Of a DNA stretch of 26,741 nt, positions 7,945 to 17,048 are shown piece by piece. A model generated the notes under the pieces. The model saw only the letters and a program-made list of their open reading frames with translations, ran no database searches and had not been told where the DNA came from. Each line of letters begins with the position of its first letter. Position 1 is the stretch's first letter. Both the position numbers and the translations under genes were made by a program. This DNA is from Candidatus Dormiibacterota bacterium (GTDB taxonomy: Bacteria > Chloroflexota > Dormibacteria > Dormibacterales > Dormibacteraceae): contig JBKPCW010000144.1 of NCBI GenBank assembly GCA_046727555.1, positions 1-26,741 on the forward strand. The letters run 5' to 3'.

Positions 7945-8810
7945 GTGACGTTGATGCTCTGGCTGGCGAGCATGGTTGCGGGCTCCTCCCGGTAGGTGCG
8001 GCGCGACCGGCCGCCGACGAAGGCGAGGATCACGAGCAGGACGAAGGCGAAGAGCAGGGAAGCGACCGCGACCGCGATCGACACGCCCGCGTTGGTCCTC
8101 CCGAGGTGGACCAGCTCGACCTGCAGGTTGTTGTAGAGGAGGTTGTTGGCGATCGTGTACTCGCCCAGCACGAGCGCCACCGAAAGGAGCGTCGCGTTGA
8201 GGATGGCGTTCGAGATGTTGGGCGTGATCACGCGCCACATCACCGCGAACCAGCTGGCGCCGAGGCTGCGCGCCGCTTCGGAGAGCGTCTTGACGTCGAT
8301 CGCGCCAAGTCCGGCGTCCAGGGCCCGGTAGGCATAAGGAAGGACGAGGACGATGTAGGCCAGGGCGAGCGTCATGATCGAGTCGCTGAGGTTGGTCCCG
8401 AGCCAGATGTACATGGGGAACAGGCCCACGACCAGGACGATCGCGGGGATGGTCAGCGGCAGCAGGCTGATGAACTCCACGACCCTGTTCAAGCCGGGCA
8501 GCTTGAGGCGGACCCAGACCATGGTGGGGACGAGGAGCACCAGCATCGCGATCGAGGTGATCACCGCGAGCTCGAGCGAGGCGATGATCCCCGTCGGGTT
8601 GTCGACGGGAAGCCCGACCATCTCCTTGTAGTCGAAGATCGACTTCCAGTACTCGAGCGTGCGCGACCCGTCGTTGGCGCGGGTCGAGAACTCGACCATC
8701 GCCCCGAGCGGGACCAGGAAGTAGACGGCGGCGACGGCGAAGACGACGTAGCGAAAGAGCTGGAGCCGGAGCCAGCGCCTGCGGTGCACGCCGCGCCGGG
8801 CTAGAGCCAT
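7941..8810 (-). CDS. ABC transporter permease (PotC-like)
   Basis: Hydrophobic helices, EAA loop (LSEAARSLGASW); ATG 8810 overlaps the end of the upstream permease; 289 aa. Confidence 0.92.
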   Translation of the reverse strand: MALARRGVHRRRWLRLQLFRYVVFAVAAVYFLVPLGAMVEFSTRANDGSRTLEYWKSIFDYKEMVGLPVDNPTGIIASLELAVITSIAMLVLLVPTMVWVRLKLPGLNRVVEFISLLPLTIPAIVLVVGLFPMYIWLGTNLSDSIMTLALAYIVLVLPYAYRALDAGLGAIDVKTLSEAARSLGASWFAVMWRVITPNISNAILNATLLSVALVLGEYTIANNLLYNNLQVELVHLGRTNAGVSIAVAVASLLFAFVLLVILAFVGGRSRRTYREEPATMLASQSINVT

Positions 8811-9703
8811 CGGGCGGTCCTCCGCTGCAGCAGCGAGTACAGGATCGTGACCACGGTCACGATCACGACCATCTCGATCGCGATCGCCTTGGCGAACCCG
8901 GGCTCCACGGCGCCGACCTCGCTGCTGAGGCCGTTGCTGATCTGCTGCGCCAGCACCGGCGCGCCCTGGTTGATGAGCGCGTTGGCGGTGGCGTAGGCGG
9001 AGAAGGCGTTGGCGAACAGCAGCAGCAACCCGCCGAGGAAGGCGGGAAACAGGAGTGGCCCGGCGACGTGTCGCCAGTAGTGCCAGGTGCTGCCGCCCAG
9101 GCTCTCCGTCGCCTCGCGCCACTGCGGCTTGACCCCGTCGAGCGCGGGCAGGAAGACCAGGACCATCAGCGGGATCTGGAAGTAGAGGTAGACCACGATC
9201 AGGCCGGGGGTGTCGAACAGCCACAGGCTCTTGCCGTAGTAGTCGAATCCGTGCGCCTGGAAAAAGAGATAGACGAAGCCCGCGGGTCCGATGCTGGCGA
9301 TGAACGCAAACGCGAGCGTCACGCCGCCGAACTGGGCGAGGACGCCCGACGCCGACACGAGCATCCGCCGGAGCAGGCCACCCGGATTGCCGGTCGCGAT
9401 TGCGTACGCGAGGAGCGCGCCGAGCACGGCGCCGAAAACCGCCGTCACGGCGGAGACGACGGTCGTCGTGACCGTCGCGGAGACGACGTACGACCGGGAC
9501 AGGTGGGCGAAGTTGTCGAGGGTGAACGAGTTGTTGGCGTCGAAGAAGGCGCCGAGGGCGATGATCGCCGTCGGGAGGGCGAGGAACAGGCCGACGTAGA
9601 CGAAAAACGGCAAGGCCCCGACCCAGTCGAGGGAGAACCGCCGGCCGCCCAACAGTGGGCGGCCGACGTTCGTCGTTACAGCCGGAGTCCCGGCGGTCGT
9701 CAA
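8801..9703 (-). CDS. ABC transporter permease (PotB-like)
   Basis: Hydrophobic helices, EAA loop (WREATESLGGS); TTG 9703 overlaps the SBP stop (TTGA); 300 aa. Confidence 0.9.
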   Translation of the reverse strand: MTTAGTPAVTTNVGRPLLGGRRFSLDWVGALPFFVYVGLFLALPTAIIALGAFFDANNSFTLDNFAHLSRSYVVSATVTTTVVSAVTAVFGAVLGALLAYAIATGNPGGLLRRMLVSASGVLAQFGGVTLAFAFIASIGPAGFVYLFFQAHGFDYYGKSLWLFDTPGLIVVYLYFQIPLMVLVFLPALDGVKPQWREATESLGGSTWHYWRHVAGPLLFPAFLGGLLLLFANAFSAYATANALINQGAPVLAQQISNGLSSEVGAVEPGFAKAIAIEMVVIVTVVTILYSLLQRRTARWL

Positions 9704-10827
9704 GAAATGGCCTTGAGCCAGTTGGCGACGAGGTAGTTCTTCGCCGCGGTGGCCTGCGCGTCGCTCATGAACTGCGGCGTGCCGTTGACCGGAGGCAGAG
9801 CCGAGGCGGCCGACGCGTCGACGGTCCCGGCCTTGGTCATGGCCGCCTGCCGGACCGGCCGCGCCAGTCCCTGGAGCCAGATGTTCTGGCCGTCGTCGGA
9901 GTAGAGGAACTCCTCCCACAGCCGCGCGGCGGCGGGGTGCGGAGCGTTCTTGTTGATCGCCTGGGCGTAATAGCCGCCGAGGACGGCGTTGCCCGGCACG
10001 AAGACCTTCCACGAGGGCACGTCCTTGCCGTGCGCCGCGGAGAGGTAGTCCCAGTCGAAGACCACCGGCGTCGTCCCGTTCTTCACGGTCGCCGTGGTGG
10101 CCTGCGTCTTGGAGAAGTTGCCGGCGACCTTCAGGCGGTGGAAGAAGTCCACGCCCTGCTTGATGTCGTCGAGCGAGCCGCCTTCCGCGAGGTTGGCCAT
10201 CATCACGCCGTTCAGCGCCGCGTTGGCCTTGGTCGGGTCGCCGTTGAGCGCGACCTTGCCCTTGAACTCAGGCTTGAACAGGTCGTCGATCGAGGTGATC
10301 GTCGGCACCTTGCTCGAGTCGTAGCCGATCGACATGAAGCCGCCGTAGTCCTGGACCCACACCCCGGTCGGCTCCTTCTGGCTGTCGAGGATGTCGGTCC
10401 ACGTCGTGACCTTGTAGGGGGCGAACAGGTTCGTGTTCGCCAGGGCCACCGCCATGCCGACGTCGAGGACGTCCGGCGCGCGGCTCGTCGTGCCCAGCTG
10501 GTTGACAGCGTTCACCTCGTCCTGGCTCGAGCCGTCGGGGTTGTCGGAGGTGATCTGGATGCCGTACTTCGCGGCGAAGGTGTCCAGCTCCTTGCCGTAG
10601 TTCGCCCAGTCGCGAGGCAGCGCGATGACGTTGAGCTTGCCCTCGGCCTTGGCCGCTGCCACCAGCGCCGACATGCCGCCGCAGTCGGCGGCCGCCTTGG
10701 CGGTCTTGGCGGTCGACTCGCTGCAGGCGGTCGTCCCTCCTCCACCTCCGGAGCTGCCGCAGGCAGCAACCACGAACAGGGCCACCACGGCCAGGCCGAG
10801 GCGGCGCGTCAGACTACCCAATCTCAT
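9700..10827 (-). CDS. ABC substrate-binding lipoprotein (PotD/AfuA-like, 'putative spermidine/putrescine' class)
   Basis: ATG 10827 with purine-rich SD (ggaggggaagacgaaagg); signal peptide and lipobox VAAC; EGKLNVIALPRDWANY, APDVLDVG and NKNAPHPAAARLWEEFLYS; 375 aa. Confidence 0.9.
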   Translation of the reverse strand: MRLGSLTRRLGLAVVALFVVAACGSSGGGGGTTACSESTAKTAKAAADCGGMSALVAAAKAEGKLNVIALPRDWANYGKELDTFAAKYGIQITSDNPDGSSQDEVNAVNQLGTTSRAPDVLDVGMAVALANTNLFAPYKVTTWTDILDSQKEPTGVWVQDYGGFMSIGYDSSKVPTITSIDDLFKPEFKGKVALNGDPTKANAALNGVMMANLAEGGSLDDIKQGVDFFHRLKVAGNFSKTQATTATVKNGTTPVVFDWDYLSAAHGKDVPSWKVFVPGNAVLGGYYAQAINKNAPHPAAARLWEEFLYSDDGQNIWLQGLARPVRQAAMTKAGTVDASAASALPPVNGTPQFMSDAQATAAKNYLVANWLKAIS

Positions 10828-10885
10828 CCTTTCGTCTTCCCCTCCATGTACCGGCCGGGCACCGGCTGCCACTGAAACACGGCCA

Positions 10886-10914
10886 ATGATGGCCCCAGCC
10901 CGCCCATGTTGCAA
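10886..10914 (-). promoter_or_regulatory. Candidate sigma70-type promoter for the ABC-phosphoesterase operon
   Basis: Minus strand reads TTGCAA (10914-10909), N17, CATCAT (10891-10886), about 60 nt upstream of the SBP start. Confidence 0.45.
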
Positions 10915-10973
10915 GGACAGAGTTCAAGCCTGGGGTTGATTTCAGTTAGGCAGCGGTTAATTCGTTCTGTAGG

Positions 10974-11762
10974 TCACGTTTCAGCTCGCTTGCCGCGGTA
11001 GCCCAGCCTCCGGGAGAGGTCCGCCGCCCCCTCGGCCGTCAGACGCTCGAGCTTCGCGGCCGTGCGGACCCGGTGCGAGGGCCCGGAGACGTCGAGGGCG
11101 GCGACGACGTCGCCCGCCGGGCCGAAGACCGGGGCGGCGATCGCATCCAGCCCGACCTCCAGCTCCTCGTGGGTCCGGGCCAGCCCGGAGGCGCGCACCT
11201 CCTCGAGCTGGGCCGCCAGCCTGGTCCGGTCGGTGATCGTCTGCGGGGTCACGCGGTCGAGCGGGAGGCCGAGCAGGCGCTCCCGGACGGCGTCCGAGGC
11301 GAAGGCGAGGATCGCCTTGCCCGAGGCCGTGCAGTGCAACGGGTAGCGGCCCCCGAGCCAGTTGACGCTGACCACGGAGGTCGAGGCGATGGCCTGCTCG
11401 ATCGGGACGATCACGTCGCCCAGGAGGACGTCGAGGGTCGCGGTCTCGCCGGCCGCGGTGGCCAGGCGCTCGCACACCGGCCTGGCCACGAAGCGCAGGT
11501 CGAACTCGCCGGTGACGACGCTCGCCAGCTGGGGCAGGCGGCGACCAAGCCGGTAGCGGGCGGTGCGGGGGTCGCGCTCGACCAGGCCGTGCCGCTCCAG
11601 CGTGCCCAGCAGCCGGAGGGCGGTCGAGCGGTGGACGCGCAGCTCGCGGGCGACCTCGGCGCCGGTGCGCCCGCCGGCGGCGGCGAGCAGGTCCAGGATG
11701 GAGATCGCGCGGTCGACCGAGCGAACGGCGGCGGCGCCTTCGTCGCCGACGTCGTTGCTCAT
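10974..11762 (-). CDS. IclR family transcriptional regulator
   Basis: N-terminal HTH (VRSVDRAISILDLL...RSTALRLLGTL...YRLG) and effector domain (LHCTASGKAIL, EELEVGLDAIAAPVF); 262 aa. Confidence 0.95.
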   Translation of the reverse strand: MSNDVGDEGAAAVRSVDRAISILDLLAAAGGRTGAEVARELRVHRSTALRLLGTLERHGLVERDPRTARYRLGRRLPQLASVVTGEFDLRFVARPVCERLATAAGETATLDVLLGDVIVPIEQAIASTSVVSVNWLGGRYPLHCTASGKAILAFASDAVRERLLGLPLDRVTPQTITDRTRLAAQLEEVRASGLARTHEELEVGLDAIAAPVFGPAGDVVAALDVSGPSHRVRTAAKLERLTAEGAADLSRRLGYRGKRAET

Positions 11763-11770
11763 GACGCAAC

Positions 11771-11802
11771 ATTATCCATTCCGCGCAACGGCAGGATAGG
11801 AT
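11771..11802. promoter_or_regulatory. Divergent, probably leaderless promoters for iclR and the corrinoid operon
   Basis: Plus strand TAGGAT (11797-11802), N6, GTG start 11809. Minus strand GATAAT (11776-11771), N8, ATG 11762. The gap is only 46 bp. Confidence 0.55.
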
Positions 11803-11808
11803 GGAACG

Positions 11809-12522
<714 letters not shown>

Positions 12523-12528
12523 CGTCTG

Positions 12529-13392
12529 ATGGAGACCGTTCTCTCCTCGCGGGCTCGCGAGGTCGTCATCTCCGGCGAGCGTCCCTTCGTCATCATCGGC
12601 GAACGCATCAACCCGACCGGACGGAAGGTGCTCGCCGCGGAGATGAAGGACGGCGTGATGGACCGCGTGCGCTCGGACGCGGTGGCGCAGACCCAGGCCG
12701 GCGCCCACGTGCTCGACGTCAACGCCGGCATCCCGGCCATTGACGAGCCGGCGCTCCTGGTCGCCGCGATCAGGGCGGTGATGGAGGTCAGCGACCTGCC
12801 GATCTGCATCGACTCGTCGATCATCGAGGCGCTCGAGGCGGGGCTATCCGCCTACGAAGGCAAGGCGCTGGTCAACTCCGTCACGGCGGAGGAGGAGCGC
12901 ATGGAGCGCATCCTGCCCCTGGTCAAGAAGCACGGGGCGGCGGTGATCGGCATGGCCAACGACGAGACCGGGATCACGATGGTGCCGACGGAACGCCTCG
13001 AACTGGCCCGACGGATCGTCGAGCGGGCGATGGACCACGGCATCCCGAAAGAGGACGTGATCATCGACCCCATCGCGATGACCGTGGCGGCAGACCCGAC
13101 CTGCGGCCTGGTGACCCTCGAGACCATGCGCCTGATCCGCGACGAGCTCGGCAACAACATGACCTGCGGCGCCTCCAACGTGTCGTTCGGGCTCCCCGAC
13201 CGCCCGGCGGTCAACGCCGCTTTCCTGCCCCTGGCGATGAACGCCGGGCTGACCTGCGCGATCACGAACCCGCTCGAGGCCCAGGTGCGGCGCGCCATCC
13301 TCGCCGGCGACCTGCTGCTGGGTCACGACGAGTACGCGATGCGCTGGATCGCCAGCTTTCGCCAGGAGCAGGCGAAGGCGGCGGCGAAATGA
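12529..13392 (+). CDS. Methyltetrahydrofolate:corrinoid methyltransferase (pterin-binding TIM barrel, AcsE/MtgA-like)
   Basis: IIGERINPTG, LDVNAG, ICIDSS, LVNSV, IIDP, GASNVSFGLP and AITNP motifs; 287 aa. Confidence 0.92.
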   Translation: METVLSSRAREVVISGERPFVIIGERINPTGRKVLAAEMKDGVMDRVRSDAVAQTQAGAHVLDVNAGIPAIDEPALLVAAIRAVMEVSDLPICIDSSIIEALEAGLSAYEGKALVNSVTAEEERMERILPLVKKHGAAVIGMANDETGITMVPTERLELARRIVERAMDHGIPKEDVIIDPIAMTVAADPTCGLVTLETMRLIRDELGNNMTCGASNVSFGLPDRPAVNAAFLPLAMNAGLTCAITNPLEAQVRRAILAGDLLLGHDEYAMRWIASFRQEQAKAAAK

Positions 13393-15215
13393 TCGCGCGC
13401 AAGCTCGAGGTCAACTATCTGCCGTTCGACCGGACGACCCGGGTCCCGGCCGGCACCACCGTCTTCAGCGCCGCGCACTGGATCGGCCTGCCCATCGACT
13501 CGACCTGCGGCGGCCGTGGCACCTGCGGCAAATGCAAGGTGCGCATCGTCCGCGGGTTGACGGAGGCCGAAACCGCCGATCACCGGCAGCTGCGGCCGCA
13601 GGAGATCGCCGACGGGTGGCGGCTTTCCTGCCAGGCGCGGATCTACGAGGACATGACGTGCGAGGTCCCGCAGCTGCTGCGCGTGCCCAAGGCGGCGACC
13701 ATGGGCCTCGGACGACTCGTCATCCTCGACCCCAACGTCCGCAAGGTGTACCTCGAGCTCGAGGAGCCATCGCTCCACGACCAGCGAAGCGACATCGCTC
13801 GCCTGCGCGACGCGCTGACCAAAGAGGGGCACGACTTGGTCGCCGGCGTGGCCGTGCTGCGCGCGCTGCCGCAGGTCTTTCGCGACGCGGGATTCAAGGT
13901 CACCGCGGTGCTCGCCGGCGACCACCTGGTCGCGGTCGAGCGCGGCGACACGACCGGTGACTGCTACGGGGTCGCCTTCGACGTCGGCACGACGACGCTC
14001 GTCGGCACGCTCATGAACCTCCGCACCGGCATGGCGGCGTCGGTGCTGTCGACGCTCAACGGCCAGGCGCCTTTCGGCGCCGACGTCATCTCGCGCATCA
14101 GCCACGGCATGAACGGACCCGAGGCGATCGACGAGCTCCAGCAGGCCGTGGTGACCACGATGAACTCGATCCTGGACGAGCTGTACCGCGAGACGGGCGT
14201 CACGCCGGCGCAGACCTACGAGGCGGTCGTCGTCGGCAACGTCACCATGCTGCACCTCTTGCTCGGCGTCGACCCGAGCCCGCTCTCGATGTCACCGTTC
14301 ACGCCGGCGTTCATGGACGAGCTGAGCGTCGAGGCGCGGGACGTCGGTCTGCGGATACATCCCCACGGCTACGTGCAGACGCTGCCCGCGCTCGGCGCCT
14401 ACGTCGGCGCGGACATCGTCGCGGGCGTGCTCGCCACCAACGTCGTGCGCGAGGACAGGGTGCGCGTCTTCGTCGACGTCGGGACGAACGGCGAGATCGT
14501 GCTCGGCAGCGCGCAGCGCGCGCTGGCCACCGCCGCGCCGGCGGGCCCCGCGTTCGAAGGCAGCCAGATCAAGTGTGGGATGCGCGCCACCGCCGGCGCG
14601 ATCGAGGGCGTCACGCTGGGCGACCGCGTCGACCTGCAGATCATCGGCGGCGACGTCGCCGCGGAGGGTATCTGCGGCTCGGGCCTGGTCGATGCCGTGG
14701 CGCAGCTGCTGCTCGCCGGCCTGCTCGACCATTCGGGCCGCCTGCGGACTGCAGCCGACGTCCCGGACCATCCGCTGCGGGAGCGGCTGATCGAGGTCGA
14801 CGGCGTGCGCGCGTTCCTGCTCGCCGACGGCGTGTACCTGTCGCAGCGGGACATCCGGGAGCTGCAGTTCGCCAAGGGCTCGATCGCGACCGGGATCAAG
14901 GTCCTGATGGACATCCTCGGCGTCCGCGCAGAAGACCTCCATGAGATCCTGCTCGCCGGCTCGTTCGGGTCCTACCTGAACCCGGAGAGCGCGAAGATCA
15001 TCGGCCTCGTGCCGCCGGTCGACGTCGACCGGATCATCGCGGTCGGCAACTCCGCCGGGGAGGGCGCGAAGATCGCCCTGCTCTCCTACCGGGAGCGGCA
15101 GGTCGCCTTCGAGCTGCCGTCGCGCATCGAGTACGTCGAGCTGTCGGGAAGGTCGGACTTCAACGACTCGTTCATCTCGGTGCTCGGCTTTCCAGTGCTG
15201 GAGCGCGTCTCGTGA
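13389..15215 (+). CDS. ATP-dependent corrinoid reductive activator (RACo/RamA, ASKHA/DUF4445 with N-terminal 2Fe-2S)
   Basis: CGGRGTCGKC...RLSCQ ferredoxin; AFDVGTTT, DVGTNGEI, AGPAFEG, GICGSG, LAGSFG and GNSAG ASKHA motifs; ATGA overlap with the upstream gene; 608 aa. Confidence 0.95.
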   Translation: MIARKLEVNYLPFDRTTRVPAGTTVFSAAHWIGLPIDSTCGGRGTCGKCKVRIVRGLTEAETADHRQLRPQEIADGWRLSCQARIYEDMTCEVPQLLRVPKAATMGLGRLVILDPNVRKVYLELEEPSLHDQRSDIARLRDALTKEGHDLVAGVAVLRALPQVFRDAGFKVTAVLAGDHLVAVERGDTTGDCYGVAFDVGTTTLVGTLMNLRTGMAASVLSTLNGQAPFGADVISRISHGMNGPEAIDELQQAVVTTMNSILDELYRETGVTPAQTYEAVVVGNVTMLHLLLGVDPSPLSMSPFTPAFMDELSVEARDVGLRIHPHGYVQTLPALGAYVGADIVAGVLATNVVREDRVRVFVDVGTNGEIVLGSAQRALATAAPAGPAFEGSQIKCGMRATAGAIEGVTLGDRVDLQIIGGDVAAEGICGSGLVDAVAQLLLAGLLDHSGRLRTAADVPDHPLRERLIEVDGVRAFLLADGVYLSQRDIRELQFAKGSIATGIKVLMDILGVRAEDLHEILLAGSFGSYLNPESAKIIGLVPPVDVDRIIAVGNSAGEGAKIALLSYRERQVAFELPSRIEYVELSGRSDFNDSFISVLGFPVLERVS

Positions 15216-15799
15216 GCGGCACCGCGCTCGTCATCTGCGGCGCTCTCGGGCGCGAGGTGAAGCAGATCGTCGACAGGCGCGGCTGGGACGTCGACGTCTA
15301 TGGCGTCTCCGCCCTGCTGCATCTCTACCCGTCGCGGATCGTCGACGAGCTGCGGAAGAGGCTGCACGACCTGCGCCCGCGCTACGACAACCTGGTCGTG
15401 GTCTACGGCGACTGCGGCACCACCGGCCGCCTGGAACCGATCCTCGAGGAGTTCGGCGCGGCGCGCCTCCGCGGCCCGCACTGCTACGAGATGTTCGCCG
15501 GCGAGGAGCGCTTCGCCAGGATCGCCGAGGAGCGGCCGGCGACGTTCTTCCTCACCGACTGGCTCGTCCGCAACTTCGAGCGTGCCGTCATCAGGGGCCT
15601 GGGCCTCGACCGCCACCCCGACCTCAAGCCGATGCTGTTCGCCAACTACGAGTCGATCCTCTATCTGCGCCAGGCGCCGAACCCTCGCCTGGCGGAGAAG
15701 GCGCAAGAGATCGCCGCCTACCTGGGATTGGCGCTGGAGATCGAGGACGTCGGCCTCGGGGAACTCGAAGAGCGGCTCGCCGCGTTAGTGGAATCGTGA
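15212..15799 (+). CDS. DUF1638 domain protein (corrinoid reactivation accessory)
   Basis: ICGAL, VYGDCGT, GPHCYEMFAG and FFLTDWL motifs; GTGA overlap with the RACo gene. Confidence 0.88.
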   Translation: MSGTALVICGALGREVKQIVDRRGWDVDVYGVSALLHLYPSRIVDELRKRLHDLRPRYDNLVVVYGDCGTTGRLEPILEEFGAARLRGPHCYEMFAGEERFARIAEERPATFFLTDWLVRNFERAVIRGLGLDRHPDLKPMLFANYESILYLRQAPNPRLAEKAQEIAAYLGLALEIEDVGLGELEERLAALVES

Positions 15800-15800
15800 T

Positions 15801-16079
15801 TTGGCGAAATACCAGGTGATGTTCTGGAAGCACATCCCCTCCCAGGTGAAGGCGTGGGAGGGCGACGTCCAGTCGAAGCGCATGCTGCCCGACTACTTCC
15901 AGGCCGCGATCGACGCCTACGCCATGAAGGACGGCTCGACCGACATGGACGCTTACCTTGCCGGCTGGCAGTGGGGACAGGTCGAGGAGCGGGACGGCTC
16001 CCCGGAGGAGGTCGTGGCGGCGCTGGTCGAGGAGCTGACCGCGGCCAATCCCCGCGCCACTTTGCTGAACCCGACATGA
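15801..16079 (+). CDS. Small 'virulence factor' domain protein (PF13769-like), typical of corrinoid methyltransferase clusters
   Basis: YQVMFWKHIPSQVKA...FQAAIDAYAM...DAYLAGW matches the family pattern as I recall it; TTG start 1 nt after the DUF1638 stop; 92 aa. Confidence 0.8.
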   Translation: MAKYQVMFWKHIPSQVKAWEGDVQSKRMLPDYFQAAIDAYAMKDGSTDMDAYLAGWQWGQVEERDGSPEEVVAALVEELTAANPRATLLNPT

Positions 16080-16525
16080 ACGAGACGATCCTCGACGACC
16101 TCGTCAGCAGCCAGCAGCTGGTCATCGCCATGCTGCGCGTGTCGGTCGAGGATCCGTCGGCGCGCGTCGGCGCCTGGGACCTGCGCGACATCGCGGCCCA
16201 CCTCGCCGCCACCGAGCGCGACTGCTACGTGCCGCGCATCCGCGCCATCGCCGCGGGTGAGAACCCGACGTTCGGCGTCTTCACGAACGACGACACGGAC
16301 TTCAGCGGGATCCACCTCGAGGACGCGCTCGACGAGTGGACCGCGACCCGCCTGATGCTGATCGGCTTCGTGAGGACGCTGGACGCGGATCAGCGGACGG
16401 TTCTGAAGGGACGCCATGACCCGTACGGGGACGTGACGGTCGATCGCTATCTGGAGATCGCTCTGAAGCACGACCGCGATCACCTACGAGGCTTAGAGAG
16501 GCTTGCCGGCGAACTGACGCGCTGA
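16076..16525 (+). CDS. DinB/YfiT family protein
   Basis: ATG 16076 in ATGA overlap; WDLRDIAAHL and HDRDHL His triad; 149 aa. Confidence 0.85.
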   Translation: MNETILDDLVSSQQLVIAMLRVSVEDPSARVGAWDLRDIAAHLAATERDCYVPRIRAIAAGENPTFGVFTNDDTDFSGIHLEDALDEWTATRLMLIGFVRTLDADQRTVLKGRHDPYGDVTVDRYLEIALKHDRDHLRGLERLAGELTR

Positions 16526-17048
16526 CCTCGCGCACCAGGCGCTGGGCTTCGGCCCGGCGCCCGTCCTGCAGTCCCGACGTGAGGTTGACCTGGACGAGCA
16601 AGGCGGCGACGGTCACGGCGGAGTGGGCGATGATGGCCGCGGCGACCGCGTCCGCGCGCAGGTTCTGGTTGCCGTGCGTCTCCAGCTCATGGGCGAGCTC
16701 GACGACGGCGGCGGCGGTGCGCGCGATGGCGAGGGGCACATCGATCGTCCGGTCCCGCGCCGCTTCGATGTCTTTGCCGGAGCGGACCGCGGCCAGGAAC
16801 TCGTTGAATGCGACCGCGTCCTGCTCGATCAGGTCCTCGGCGAGCAGGCGCGCCTCCTCAGCCTGCTTGTGTGCGGCCGCGGCTCCAGCCCACGATTCGG
16901 AGCGGACCGCGACCTTCTGCAGCAGCGCGGCCGAAGCGGCCAGCGTGGCGGCGGCGGCCGAGCCGCTCGCCGGTGCCGGGGCGCCGGACGCGATCTGGCT
17001 CAGCAGGTAGCCAAACCGGGCGCGGGCCCTGGCCTCAGGACTCCCCAA
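16302..17048 (-). CDS. Cyclodeaminase/cyclohydrolase family protein (FTCD_C / FchA-like) with a 3' extension running antisense into dinB
   Basis: LASGAPAPASGSAAA-type N-terminal motif, DAVAF, IDVPL, GNQNLRADA and VQVNL match FTCD_C. TTG 17048 has SD aagggag and overlaps the mttB end. The recognisable domain ends near 16500. Confidence 0.8.
   Translation of the reverse strand: MGSPEARARARFGYLLSQIASGAPAPASGSAAAATLAASAALLQKVAVRSESWAGAAAAHKQAEEARLLAEDLIEQDAVAFNEFLAAVRSGKDIEAARDRTIDVPLAIARTAAAVVELAHELETHGNQNLRADAVAAAIIAHSAVTVAALLVQVNLTSGLQDGRRAEAQRLVREVSASVRRQASLSLVGDRGRASERSPDSDRPSRPRTGHGVPSEPSADPRPASSRSRSASGGSRSTRRARPRGGSR

Noticed and set aside
10828-10973. Known riboswitch (cobalamin, SAM, THF, TPP) ahead of the ABC operon
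   Set aside because: No recognisable consensus, and the predicted leader is only about 50 nt.
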